Shown piece after piece: positions 38,930 through 48,287 of a DNA stretch of 64,000 nucleotides; the stretch's first letter is position 1; every line of letters begins with the position of its first letter. The stretch is from Planctomycetota bacterium (GTDB lineage: Bacteria; Planctomycetota; B15-G4; SIAN01): NCBI GenBank assembly GCA_031409275.1, contig JANNXA010000033.1, positions 32,001-96,000 on the forward strand, read 5' to 3'. A program made the position numbers and the translations under genes. Below the pieces are notes generated by a model. That model was not told where the DNA came from, made no database searches, and worked only from the letters and a program-made list of their open reading frames with translations.

Positions 38930-40738
38930 ATGCGCCGCCACTCTGCTCCATCGATACTCGCCCTGAACCTCGGCTCGAACGAAGACGCCGACCGGCCGCC
39001 GACGACAAAGCGCCGCACCCTTCGGGCGCTCGCGTGCCTCGCGATCGCGGTTGCGTCGCTTCCCGGTTGCAGCCGAAGCGGCGCGGCCTCGGGCTCGGGC
39101 TCGGGGCTGCGAGTCGAAGGGCAGTTCATCGACTCGCCGGTCAAAGGACTGCACTACTCGACGAGTTCAGGCGACGGCGAGACGGGCGCGGGCGGTTCGT
39201 TCTCCTATCGGCCGGGCGAGAAGATCACCTTCTCGGTCGGTGCGACGGTGATCGGCGAGACCGTCCCGGCGAAGGCGACGATGACACTGCTCGATCTCGT
39301 GCCGGGAGCGACCCTCCCGACCACGAAGCCGCAGATGAACCGGCTGCTCGCGAAGTACCACGACAGCGTCGTGATCGATCCGGTCATCGCTCCGCAGATG
39401 CGCTTGCTGAACGTGCTCTCCTTCCTCCACTCGATCGATGAGGACAAGGATCCCGCCAAGGGCATCGTGATCAGTCCCGGGCTCGCGAAACTGTTCGCGG
39501 CGGAGGCGATCGACCTCGATCGGCCATCGGGCAAGTTCGAGGACGACCGCAGCTTCCGACGCCTGCTCTACTCGGCGTCCAACGAGGGCTTCATCGTCTC
39601 GGCGCGAAGAGTCCCGCCATTGCTCGCGCTGGAGCGTTTCGCGGCGACGCTTGGGATCGAGTCCAAGCTGTATGTGACGACGACCCTTTCAGTTGACTAC
39701 ACAGGGGATGGCGTGATCGAGTTGACGCGATCGGCACCCATCGATTCGCGTGGCTTCGTCATCAGCGTTTCGTATGACTCCGACCAAGATGGCACGCCAG
39801 ATAGCACAGTCTCGAACTTCTACGATGATTTCGGCAGTACGCTCGGCTACTCGAGCGACTCCAACCAAGATGGCAAGGTGGACTCGACCTCGTCCCTGCA
39901 GTACGACATTCACGGGAACCTCCTGAGAGAGGAACGGGACAACGATGCGGATGGCAAGGCCGACAACATTTACGCCTATGCGTACGACGCGAATGGCAAC
40001 GAGACGCGACGCGAGGAGGACTACGACGGGGATGGGAAGCTCGAAAAGTCCTGCAACTACGATTACGACTCCGACGGCAATCTGACAGATTGGGATTGCG
40101 ACTACGACAATGATGGCAAGCCCGACGCGACGTTCCACGCGGAGTACGACGAGCAGGGCAATCAGACGTTGGCGATCCAAGACGAGAACAACGACGGGAT
40201 CACGGACGACTATGAGGCAACGTCCTACAACAGCCGAGGGCAGATCACTCGCCATGAGGTCGATGCGGACAGCGACGGTTTCCCGGACGAGATCGAAGAG
40301 TTCGAATACGATGCCGACGGCCTGCTGGTCGGCGAGCAACATGACTTCGATGGCGAGGGGCAGCTCCAGGACGTCTACACGTTCACCTACGACGCGCACG
40401 GCAAGTTGACGCTCAGGACGTTCGACGAAGATGGCGACGGGGTGATCGGTCAGATCGATTCCTTTGAATACGACGCCGATGGGAACGTCGTCCACACCCA
40501 GACCGATGTTCCGGGTTCCGGTGTGCGCTATGTAGTCGAGCTTCGGTACGACTCGCTCGGCGGCCTCGCAAGCGTCACCTCGGATTCCGACGGCAACGGC
40601 GTAGTGGAAAGGAACGACACCTGGACCTACGACGTCGACGGCCGACTCCTCCGATACGACGCCTTCGTCGGCGGCGTCCCCCAGTACGCCGAGATCACGA
40701 CACAGAGCAGCGTCGGGTACTTCGGCTACAGGCCCTGA
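38930..40738 (+). CDS. Lipoprotein with 27-aa YD/DxDxDG repeats (copy 1)
   Basis: Lipobox-like LPGC; GQFIDSPVKGLHY domain; acidic tandem repeats. Confidence 0.85.
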   Translation: MRRHSAPSILALNLGSNEDADRPPTTKRRTLRALACLAIAVASLPGCSRSGAASGSGSGLRVEGQFIDSPVKGLHYSTSSGDGETGAGGSFSYRPGEKITFSVGATVIGETVPAKATMTLLDLVPGATLPTTKPQMNRLLAKYHDSVVIDPVIAPQMRLLNVLSFLHSIDEDKDPAKGIVISPGLAKLFAAEAIDLDRPSGKFEDDRSFRRLLYSASNEGFIVSARRVPPLLALERFAATLGIESKLYVTTTLSVDYTGDGVIELTRSAPIDSRGFVISVSYDSDQDGTPDSTVSNFYDDFGSTLGYSSDSNQDGKVDSTSSLQYDIHGNLLREERDNDADGKADNIYAYAYDANGNETRREEDYDGDGKLEKSCNYDYDSDGNLTDWDCDYDNDGKPDATFHAEYDEQGNQTLAIQDENNDGITDDYEATSYNSRGQITRHEVDADSDGFPDEIEEFEYDADGLLVGEQHDFDGEGQLQDVYTFTYDAHGKLTLRTFDEDGDGVIGQIDSFEYDADGNVVHTQTDVPGSGVRYVVELRYDSLGGLASVTSDSDGNGVVERNDTWTYDVDGRLLRYDAFVGGVPQYAEITTQSSVGYFGYRP

Positions 40739-40817
40739 GCGACGCTCTGCCGGCCAACGTCCCACCTCTCGCGCTCCCCAGCTCGCGGCGCGTGGCGCAC
40801 TCGATGCGCGAGGTCGA

Positions 40818-40934
40818 TGAAGCGCCAGTGGCGCCTGCGCGAGTTCGTCAGCGGGCGTCGAACTCGCTCCAGATCGCGTGGTTGCCCGGGTCGGCAAGCC
40901 CTGCGAGCAGGACTGAATTCGTCTTCGCGAGCAT
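40818..40934 (-). pseudogene. 5' remnant of the ECF sigma gene carried along by the duplication
   Basis: Near-identical to about 38645-38817 but lacks 38677-38732 (56 bp) and the rest of the gene. Confidence 0.85.
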
Positions 40935-41046
40935 GCTGCGCCCCTAGCCGCGGCGGATCTCCAGCCCGCTTCTCGGCTCACCTGTAAGAAGCGGGTCGCG
41001 CGGCGACAAACCGAACCGGAAGACCTCTCCTGTTTCGGAGTCCGCC

Positions 41047-42843
41047 ATGCGCCACCATCCTGCTCCATCGACGCTCACCCTGAACGCAACCTCGAACCGC
41101 GCCGCCGATCGGCCGCGCTCGACGACTCGCCTCACCCTTCGGGCACTTGCGTGCCTCGTCATCGCCGTGGCGTGGTTCCCCGGCTGCACTCGCGGCGGAG
41201 CCGCGGCTTCGGGCTTGCGACTCCAAGGGCGCTTCATCGACTCGCCGGTCAAGGGACTGCATTACGCGACGAGATCGGGCGTTGGCGAGACGGGCGCCGA
41301 CGGGTCGTTCTTCTTTCGGGCGGGCGAGAAGATCACCTTCTCGGTCGGTGCGACGGTGCTTGGCGAAACCGTCCCGGCGAAGGCGACGATGACGCCGCTC
41401 GATCTCGTGCCGGGAGCGACCATCCCGACCACGAAACTGCAGATGAATCGGTTGTTCGCCAAGTACTCCGACGACGTCGTGATCGATCCGGTGATCTCGT
41501 CGCAACTGCGCTTGCTGAACGTGCTCTCTTTCCTCCAGTCGATTGACGAGGACAAGAATCCCGACAAGAGCATCGTAATCAGCCCCGGCCTCGCGAAGCT
41601 GTTCGCGGCGGAGGCGATCGACCTCGATCAGTCATCGGGCAAGTTCGAGGAAGATCGCCGCTTCCGACGCCTGCTCTATTCGGCATCCAACGAGGGTTTC
41701 ATCGTCTCGGCGCGTCGGATCCCGCCACTGCTCGCGCTGGAGCACTTTGCGGCGACGCTCGGCATCGAGTCCAGGTTGTCGGTAACGACGATCGTTGAAT
41801 TCGACTACGCCGCGGACGGACAGATCGACTACACGACTTGGTCGCCCCTCGATGCTCGTGGCTTCGTCGCCAGCGTCGCGCGCGACAACACTGGCGATGG
41901 CGTACCCGACCAGAAGGTCACCAACGTCTACGATGATTTTGGCTACTTGATCAGCGATTCGAACGACTTCGACGACGACGGCAAGCCGGACGCGACCTCG
42001 TCGCGACAGTACGACATTCACGGGAACCTCTTGAGAGAGGAGTGGGACTACGACGCGGACGGGAAGCAAGACAAGATCGAAGATCATGCGTATGACGCGA
42101 ATGGCAACGAGATTCGTTTCGAGCAGGACTACGACGGAAACGGGACTCTGGAAAAAGCCTGCAACTACAGTTACGACGCTGACGGCAACCGGATGGACTG
42201 GGATTGCGACGAGAACGGCGACGGGAAGCCCGACGCGACATTCCACGCCGAGTACGACGCGCGAGGCAATCGGACGGTGGAGATCCATGATGAGAACAAC
42301 GACGGGATCACCGACTACCTTGAGTCGATCTCCTACAACGACCGCGGGCAGATCACCCGCCATGAGTTCGATGAGGACGGCAACGGTACGGATGAGCTCA
42401 TCGAGTTCGACTATGACGCAGCCGGCCTGCGGGTCGCGGAGCAACATGACTTTGGGGGAGAAGGGCAGATCCAGGACGTCTACACATTCGCCTACGACGA
42501 GCGTGGAAACCTGACGCGTCTGACCTATGACTCGGACGGCGATGGAGTGATTGGGATCATTGACTCCAATGAGTACGACGCCGACGGAAACGTCGTCTAC
42601 CATTCGACCGAGGTTCCAGGCTCCAGTGCCGGCTACACCATCGCGAGTCGATACGACCCGCTCCACGGCCTCGCCGTCGTCATCACGGATCGTGACGGTG
42701 ACGGTGTGACGGACTGGGTCGAAACCTGGACTTACGACGCCGATGGCCGACTCCTCCGATACGAAATCGCCGTCGACGGTGTCCCCAGTTACGCCGAGAT
42801 CACGACACAGAGCGGCGTCGGGTACTTCGGCTACACGCCCTGA
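41047..42843 (+). CDS. Lipoprotein with 27-aa YD/DxDxDG repeats (copy 2)
   Basis: Collinear paralog of 38930-40738; lipobox-like FPGC. Confidence 0.85.
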   Translation: MRHHPAPSTLTLNATSNRAADRPRSTTRLTLRALACLVIAVAWFPGCTRGGAAASGLRLQGRFIDSPVKGLHYATRSGVGETGADGSFFFRAGEKITFSVGATVLGETVPAKATMTPLDLVPGATIPTTKLQMNRLFAKYSDDVVIDPVISSQLRLLNVLSFLQSIDEDKNPDKSIVISPGLAKLFAAEAIDLDQSSGKFEEDRRFRRLLYSASNEGFIVSARRIPPLLALEHFAATLGIESRLSVTTIVEFDYAADGQIDYTTWSPLDARGFVASVARDNTGDGVPDQKVTNVYDDFGYLISDSNDFDDDGKPDATSSRQYDIHGNLLREEWDYDADGKQDKIEDHAYDANGNEIRFEQDYDGNGTLEKACNYSYDADGNRMDWDCDENGDGKPDATFHAEYDARGNRTVEIHDENNDGITDYLESISYNDRGQITRHEFDEDGNGTDELIEFDYDAAGLRVAEQHDFGGEGQIQDVYTFAYDERGNLTRLTYDSDGDGVIGIIDSNEYDADGNVVYHSTEVPGSSAGYTIASRYDPLHGLAVVITDRDGDGVTDWVETWTYDADGRLLRYEIAVDGVPSYAEITTQSGVGYFGYTP

Positions 42844-43004
42844 GCGACGCTCTGCCGGCCGACTCCTTCGGTCGCTGGAGTTCGAGCCAGCGACCGATGG
42901 GCCCCATTCGGCGGCCGCGAGCCGCCGTTTCCACGGGGCGACGCCCTACAATCTCGCGCCTCCAGTTTGCGGCGCTTGTCGCCGCTCGATGCGCGAGGCG
43001 TCCG

Positions 43005-44375
43005 ATGAGCCAGATCTCGACCAAGCCCCCGAGCGGCATGCGCGACTTCCTCGCGCCCGACCTCGCGCGCCGCCGCCACGTGATCGGCGTCATCGCGCGC
43101 GTCTACGAGTCCTTCGGCTTCGTGCCGCTCGAGACGCCGACGATCGAGAACCTCTCGACGCTGCTCGGCAAGTACGGTCCTGAAGGCGATCAGCTCCTCT
43201 ATCGGCTGCTCCATCGGCGCGAGCGGCTCGCCCGCGCGCTCGAGGCGAAGGCGGATGGCAGCGGCCCGACCGAGCTCGACCTTTCCGACGAGGGGCTGCG
43301 TTACGACCTCACCGTCCCGCTCGCGCGCGTCGTCGCCAACTACGGCGAGCTGCCCGCCTTCTACAAGCGCTACCAGATCCAGCCGGTCTGGCGTGCCGAT
43401 CGGCCGGCGAAGGGGCGCTTCCGCGAGTTCTTCCAGTGCGACGTCGACGTCTGCGGGACGAAGTCGCTGGTCGCCGACGCCGAGGTCTGCGGCGCGGTGG
43501 CGACTGTCCTGCGCGAGCTTGGCTTCGGTCATGACTCCGCGGGCTTCCAGATCCACGTGAACCACCGCGAGCTGCTGCGCGCGATGGTGGCGGAAGCGGG
43601 CATCGCCGCGGAGAAGGAGGGGCAGGCGCTCATCGCGCTCGACAAGCTCGACAAGATCGGCGCCGATGGCGTGAAAGCGGAGCTGATCGAGAAGGGGATC
43701 GCGGCCGAGGCGGCGGCGAAGCTGCTGGGCATGAGCGTCGACGCTCGCGAACTCCCCGAGCAGGCGCTTCGTGCCTGGGCGACCGGCTCGTCACTGGACG
43801 GAGCGAGGGCCGCGAAGGAAATCCAGGAGCTGCTCGCCATCGCCGCCTCCGGCCCTGCCGGTGCTCACCTCGTCTTCGATCCGACGCTCGCGCGTGGCCT
43901 CTCCTACTACACCGGACCGATCTTCGAGATCACCTGCGCCGGCCTCGCCGGCTCGATGGGCGGCGGCGGTCGCTACGACGGGTTGATCGGGATGTTCACG
44001 AAGCGGCAGATCCCGGCGGTCGGCTTTTCGCTCGGGCTCGAGCGGGTGCTGCTGGTGATGGAGGAGCGCGGCATGTTCCCGCCGCTCCCCGCTGGACCGC
44101 AGCTGCTGTTGTGCCGCTTTCCCGACATCGCGGCTTCGCAAGCCGTCGCGGTCGCGTCGCAGCTGCGTGCGGCCGGCCTGCGCGTCGAGCTCTACGCCGA
44201 TACTCCCGCGCTTGGCAAGCAGCTCCAGTACGCGAACACCATCGGCGCGCCATTCGCCGCCATCCTCGGCAGCAACGAGCTCGCGCAGCAGTCGCTCACG
44301 TTGAAGAAGCTCTCGACCGGCGAGCAGAAGACGCTGTCGATCGCGGACGTGGCAGCGTTCGTCAACGGGGGGTGA
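43005..44375 (+). CDS. hisS: Histidine--tRNA ligase
   Basis: GMRDF, LRYDLTVP, WRADRPAKGRFREFFQCD, LARGLSYYTG, GGGGRYD, GFSLGLER. Confidence 0.97.
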   Translation: MSQISTKPPSGMRDFLAPDLARRRHVIGVIARVYESFGFVPLETPTIENLSTLLGKYGPEGDQLLYRLLHRRERLARALEAKADGSGPTELDLSDEGLRYDLTVPLARVVANYGELPAFYKRYQIQPVWRADRPAKGRFREFFQCDVDVCGTKSLVADAEVCGAVATVLRELGFGHDSAGFQIHVNHRELLRAMVAEAGIAAEKEGQALIALDKLDKIGADGVKAELIEKGIAAEAAAKLLGMSVDARELPEQALRAWATGSSLDGARAAKEIQELLAIAASGPAGAHLVFDPTLARGLSYYTGPIFEITCAGLAGSMGGGGRYDGLIGMFTKRQIPAVGFSLGLERVLLVMEERGMFPPLPAGPQLLLCRFPDIAASQAVAVASQLRAAGLRVELYADTPALGKQLQYANTIGAPFAAILGSNELAQQSLTLKKLSTGEQKTLSIADVAAFVNGG

Positions 44376-44399
44376 GTCGAGCGCGACCCATCCCGGCCT

Positions 44400-44639
44400 T
44401 CACGCCGATCGGCTGCACCAGCGCGCGCGCAGCCGCGTCCACCAATCGGGCGATCGATGAGACGCGCGTCCCCGGATCTCGAGCCACGGCGCCTGCGTCA
44501 GCTGCGTCATTCCCGATCGACGCTTCGCCGATTCAACGGCGCGTCGCAGCGACTCGGCGTCCTGCGCCTCGTACCAGATGTAGTTGCTGTCGTAGTCCTC
44601 CGCTTCCGGGGCACCATCCGACACGAAGAGGAAGGGCAT
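44400..44639 (-). CDS. Small hypothetical protein
   Basis: GGAGG upstream of ATG 44639; no recognised family. Confidence 0.4.
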   Translation of the reverse strand: MPFLFVSDGAPEAEDYDSNYIWYEAQDAESLRRAVESAKRRSGMTQLTQAPWLEIRGRASHRSPDWWTRLRARWCSRSA

Positions 44640-44810
44640 CGTCGCCTCCATTCACCGTCCCGACCGCGCGGCTCTGAACCACGAGCGCAAGGTCTAGACG
44701 GTGCGCGCGACCGCCATGCGTCGCCGCGCGTGAAGCTCCGATGAAGGCGAAAGAATGGCGCGACGCCTCAGCGCGCGCGAACTCGGCGAAGCAGCGAGAT
44801 TCGCGCGCGG

Positions 44811-45173
44811 TCAGGCCTCCACGAGCACGGTGAAGCCGCCGTACACCATGCGCTTGACGTCGAAGGGCATCTTCTTCGGGTCCATGAACTTCGTGAGGCG
44901 CGGGTCCTCCATGACGCTCGCGTTGACGCGATCGCGGTGGCTGCGCGACTTGAACGTGACCCATGCGAAGACGATCGCCTCGTTCGGCTTCGCCTTCAGT
45001 GTTCGCGTGAACGAGACGCCAAACGGCACGTCGAGCTGCTCGCCGATGCATTCGCGGTAATCGAGCGCGCCGTGATCGCGCCACACCTTCGACGCCGCGC
45101 GCGCCATGCGCTTGTAGGCCGCGAGGTTCTTCTTCGGCAGGGGCAGGACGTAACCATCGACGTAGCGGGCCAT
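44811..45173 (-). CDS. DUF1428 family protein
   Basis: YVDGYVLPLP...WRDHGAL...MPFDVKRMVYGGF. Confidence 0.9.
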   Translation of the reverse strand: MARYVDGYVLPLPKKNLAAYKRMARAASKVWRDHGALDYRECIGEQLDVPFGVSFTRTLKAKPNEAIVFAWVTFKSRSHRDRVNASVMEDPRLTKFMDPKKMPFDVKRMVYGGFTVLVEA

Positions 45174-45320
45174 CGGAGAGTTCCTTCGATTCAAGGGCGC
45201 TGAGGCGTCAGCGCAATCGCGAGGAGGCTAGCCGCACGACTCCCGCCGTCGACAGGCTGCCGCATCGATGGGCCGGGCAGATCGCTGGGAGAGCCCATAC
45301 TTCTCCTGGAGCACCTGACC

Positions 45321-48269
45321 ATGCAACGCCCGCTCGTCGCACTGCACGTCGTTTCTCTCGTCGCCGCCGCTGCGCTCGCTTCACCTGCCCGCGGCCAATC
45401 GATCCGCAACGGCCGCTACGCCGTGCGCCTTGATCCGATCGGTGTCCTCACGCGGCCGCCGGATGAAGGGCTCGTCACCACCTACGGTCCGCGGGTCGAG
45501 TGCCTGCCAGGGACGACCGAGTGTTTCGGTCTCGCGTACGACTCGAGCACGGGACACGTGAGCGCGGTGGGAGCGGGACCGACCGGCGACGATTCGCAGC
45601 GGATCCCGGTCCGTTCCGTCTCGAGCCGCTTCACCGTGACGGACGCCGTGATGGTCGGGCGAGTCGGTGCGGTCGAGATCGTGCACCGTTTCTATTTCTG
45701 CCCGTTCACCGAGAGCCTCATCGTCGGCGTCACGCTCTCGAACACGGGCAGCGCCCCGCTCCATGACGTCGTCTATTCGCGCGAGTGGCGCAGCTCCTCC
45801 CTGGTCGGAGGCACCTTCCCGCCGGAGCTCGACTCCGCGTTGCCGCCGGCGCCGGGCAATGTCTGGCGCATGGCGTTCGAGCTCCACGAGCTGCCCGTCG
45901 GCGCGACCGTCGGGCGCGGGTTGGTGTTGGTTCCGGCCAGCCGTTCGACCAGCTCGAAGCTCGGGCCGTCCGCGGACGACGTGCCGCTTCGGCAGTGGAC
46001 CAACGCGAGCTTTCCCGCCGGCCTGAACTTCGGCGCGGCGCTCGGGATCAGCTTCGGTGACTACGACCAGGATGGTTGGAGCGACGTCGTGGTCGCCACC
46101 GAGCGGCGCATCTGGCGCAACCTTGCCGGCGTCGACTGGAAGGAACAGGTCGATCTCTCGCCGTGGATGGACGCTGGCCAGCGCTACAGCGCCGCGCTCT
46201 TCGACTACGACAACGACGGGCGAGTCGACCTCGCCGACGAACCGCGTGGCGGCGGCTGCCTGCAGCTGCTCCACTCGCTTGGCGGCGATCTCTTCGAGGA
46301 GGTCGCCGGCGACCCCGACATCGTCGACGACCGGCCATGCATGGCGTGGTGCGAGACCAACTCGGTCGCCGATGTCGACGGCATCTCCCGCTTCACCGAG
46401 CGCGTCGCAGCCGCGGGGCTGCGCAATCCCGCCGATCCGCGCTCGGTTCCCGAGGGCGCCGGATTCGCCGATGTCGATGACGACGGTGACGTCGATCTCT
46501 ACGCCTGCATCTCGCTCTATCGCAACGTCTCGAAGGCGAAGGATCCTCGCTTCGAGCTGCTCAGTCCGGCGAGCTCGGGGATCACGATGAACGGTGATGC
46601 CGAGGAAGGCGGCGGCTTCTTCGACTACGACATGGACGGCGACATCGACCTCTGCATCGCCCACGTGGACCCTCGCCGCGGCATTCGCATGTACGAGAAC
46701 CGCGGCGACGGGATGCTCGAGCTGCAGGCGAAGAGCCTCTTCGATTCCGCCGACACGGGGCTTGGATTGGGGCTTTCCTTCGAGGATTGGGACAACGACG
46801 GCGACATCGACGTGACCAGCAGCGAGGTCTTCCGTCGCAATCAGTTCATCGAATCGGGCGGCACTCGTCACTTCACGGTGGCGACCCACAGCATCCCGCC
46901 CGATCACATCACCAACGCGACCCCGGCCTGGGGCGACTGGGATCAAGACGGCGACATCGACAGCGCGCTGGCGAACTACCTCGAGGTCGCGCGCCTCTAC
47001 GACAACACCCTCTACGACGCGACGACACCACCCGAGGTCCGTCGCCATCTGCGCGTTCGCGTCGTGCGCGACTCGGCGGCGCACGAAAGTCGTCTCGACC
47101 TCGGGCGGCTACCTGAACCAAGGCGAGTACGCCGTCCAACTGGCGTTGCCGACCGATCCCGATCCCGACCCGGCGAAGGACGTCCACTTCGAGGTGATCG
47201 TCGACTTCAAGGGCAACGCGCAGCAGGGGACGGTGCGCGTCGATCGCCACGTCAATCCGGTGCTGGGCGATCTCGACCTCGCGCAGTTGCACGATCGCCA
47301 GATCGTGATCGATCGCAGCGGGCGAGTCCGGATCGACGGTTGCGATTTCCGGCCCGCCGCGGCGATGCAACCGTTGACGACGGTGAATGGCAGCCTCGTG
47401 CTGTCGGCCGTCGACGCCGCCCTTCCCGTCCCGATCGCCGCGCCCGGCAGCGACTGGTTCGTCGGGATGGAGATCGACACGTTCGCCGCGACGCTCCCGC
47501 AGCGCATCGAGGAGGTGGTGATCGATGGCAAGGTCGCCGCCGCCGTCGATTGCGGCGGCACGAACGCGAACCTCTTCGTCTGGGACGTGACCGATCCGCT
47601 GCAGCCGGGCTTGCGGCCGGTGGTTTGAGTGCGGCGCCGATTCGCGCGCGCAACCATCGCAACGGCTACGCGATCGACGCGACGCTGCAGCCGGGGCGCA
47701 TCTATCGACTGGCGGCGCGTGTGCAGACGCTGCGCTCGACGCCATTCGCGGGGCCGCGGCTCGATGGCGCGTTGACGACGCGGGGCAGCCTGTCGTTCAA
47801 GGACCCTTCGCCCTGCAGCGGCGCGGCGATCGTTGCGGCGAGCGTCGATCCGACGCAGCTCTTCCTGACGATTCGCTTTCGCGACGAGCCGGCAGGAGCC
47901 TGGGCCGACTTCGGTCATGCGCTGGCAGGGACGAATGGCCCGCCGCTGCTGACGATGAGCGGCGATCTGCGCCCGTTGTCGGTGGTCACCGCAGACGTCA
48001 GCGGCGCGCTCGCCAACGCGCCGCTCTTCCTGGTGGTCGGGCTCACGCCGACGTGCGTTCCGTTCGCGAGCGGTGTCCTCGTGCCGGCGCCCGACATCGT
48101 GCTGGCGAACCTGGTGACCGACGCGACCGGACGCCTCTCCTATTCCGACTGCGTCGCGGACGACATCGCTTCGGGCGAGAGTTTCTTCGTGCAGGCGCTG
48201 CTGCTCGATCCGGGTGCGCCGCGCGGCGTGGCGCTCACGAACGCCATGGTCGGGACGACGCCGAACTGA
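45321..48269 (+). CDS. Secreted FG-GAP/ASPIC-UnbV-like protein with an internal frameshifted segment (possible pseudogene or assembly error)
   Basis: DYDxDG repeats; about 47089-47628 reads sensibly only in another frame; C-terminal domain is back in the main frame. Confidence 0.7.
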   Translation: MQRPLVALHVVSLVAAAALASPARGQSIRNGRYAVRLDPIGVLTRPPDEGLVTTYGPRVECLPGTTECFGLAYDSSTGHVSAVGAGPTGDDSQRIPVRSVSSRFTVTDAVMVGRVGAVEIVHRFYFCPFTESLIVGVTLSNTGSAPLHDVVYSREWRSSSLVGGTFPPELDSALPPAPGNVWRMAFELHELPVGATVGRGLVLVPASRSTSSKLGPSADDVPLRQWTNASFPAGLNFGAALGISFGDYDQDGWSDVVVATERRIWRNLAGVDWKEQVDLSPWMDAGQRYSAALFDYDNDGRVDLADEPRGGGCLQLLHSLGGDLFEEVAGDPDIVDDRPCMAWCETNSVADVDGISRFTERVAAAGLRNPADPRSVPEGAGFADVDDDGDVDLYACISLYRNVSKAKDPRFELLSPASSGITMNGDAEEGGGFFDYDMDGDIDLCIAHVDPRRGIRMYENRGDGMLELQAKSLFDSADTGLGLGLSFEDWDNDGDIDVTSSEVFRRNQFIESGGTRHFTVATHSIPPDHITNATPAWGDWDQDGDIDSALANYLEVARLYDNTLYDATTPPEVRRHLRVRVVRDSAAHESRLDLGRLPEPRRVRRPTGVADRSRSRPGEGRPLRGDRRLQGQRAAGDGARRSPRQSGAGRSRPRAVARSPDRDRSQRASPDRRLRFPARRGDATVDDGEWQPRAVGRRRRPSRPDRRARQRLVRRDGDRHVRRDAPAAHRGGGDRWQGRRRRRLRRHEREPLRLGRDRSAAAGLAAGGLSAAPIRARNHRNGYAIDATLQPGRIYRLAARVQTLRSTPFAGPRLDGALTTRGSLSFKDPSPCSGAAIVAASVDPTQLFLTIRFRDEPAGAWADFGHALAGTNGPPLLTMSGDLRPLSVVTADVSGALANAPLFLVVGLTPTCVPFASGVLVPAPDIVLANLVTDATGRLSYSDCVADDIASGESFFVQALLLDPGAPRGVALTNAMVGTTPN

Positions 48270-48287
48270 CTTCGGCTGCCGGCAGCT

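Larger units (their letters stand above)
38645..42860 (+). repeat. Tandem duplication of a ~2.1 kb unit (about 38645-40755 and 40818-42860)
   Basis: Shared sigma 5' end, intergenic region and gene; both units end in TGAGCGACGCTCTGCCGGCC. Confidence 0.9.

Noticed and set aside
38930..42843. RHS/YD polymorphic toxin interpretation
   Set aside because: No RHS core (DPxG), no toxin tip and no immunity gene; lipoprotein signals are present.
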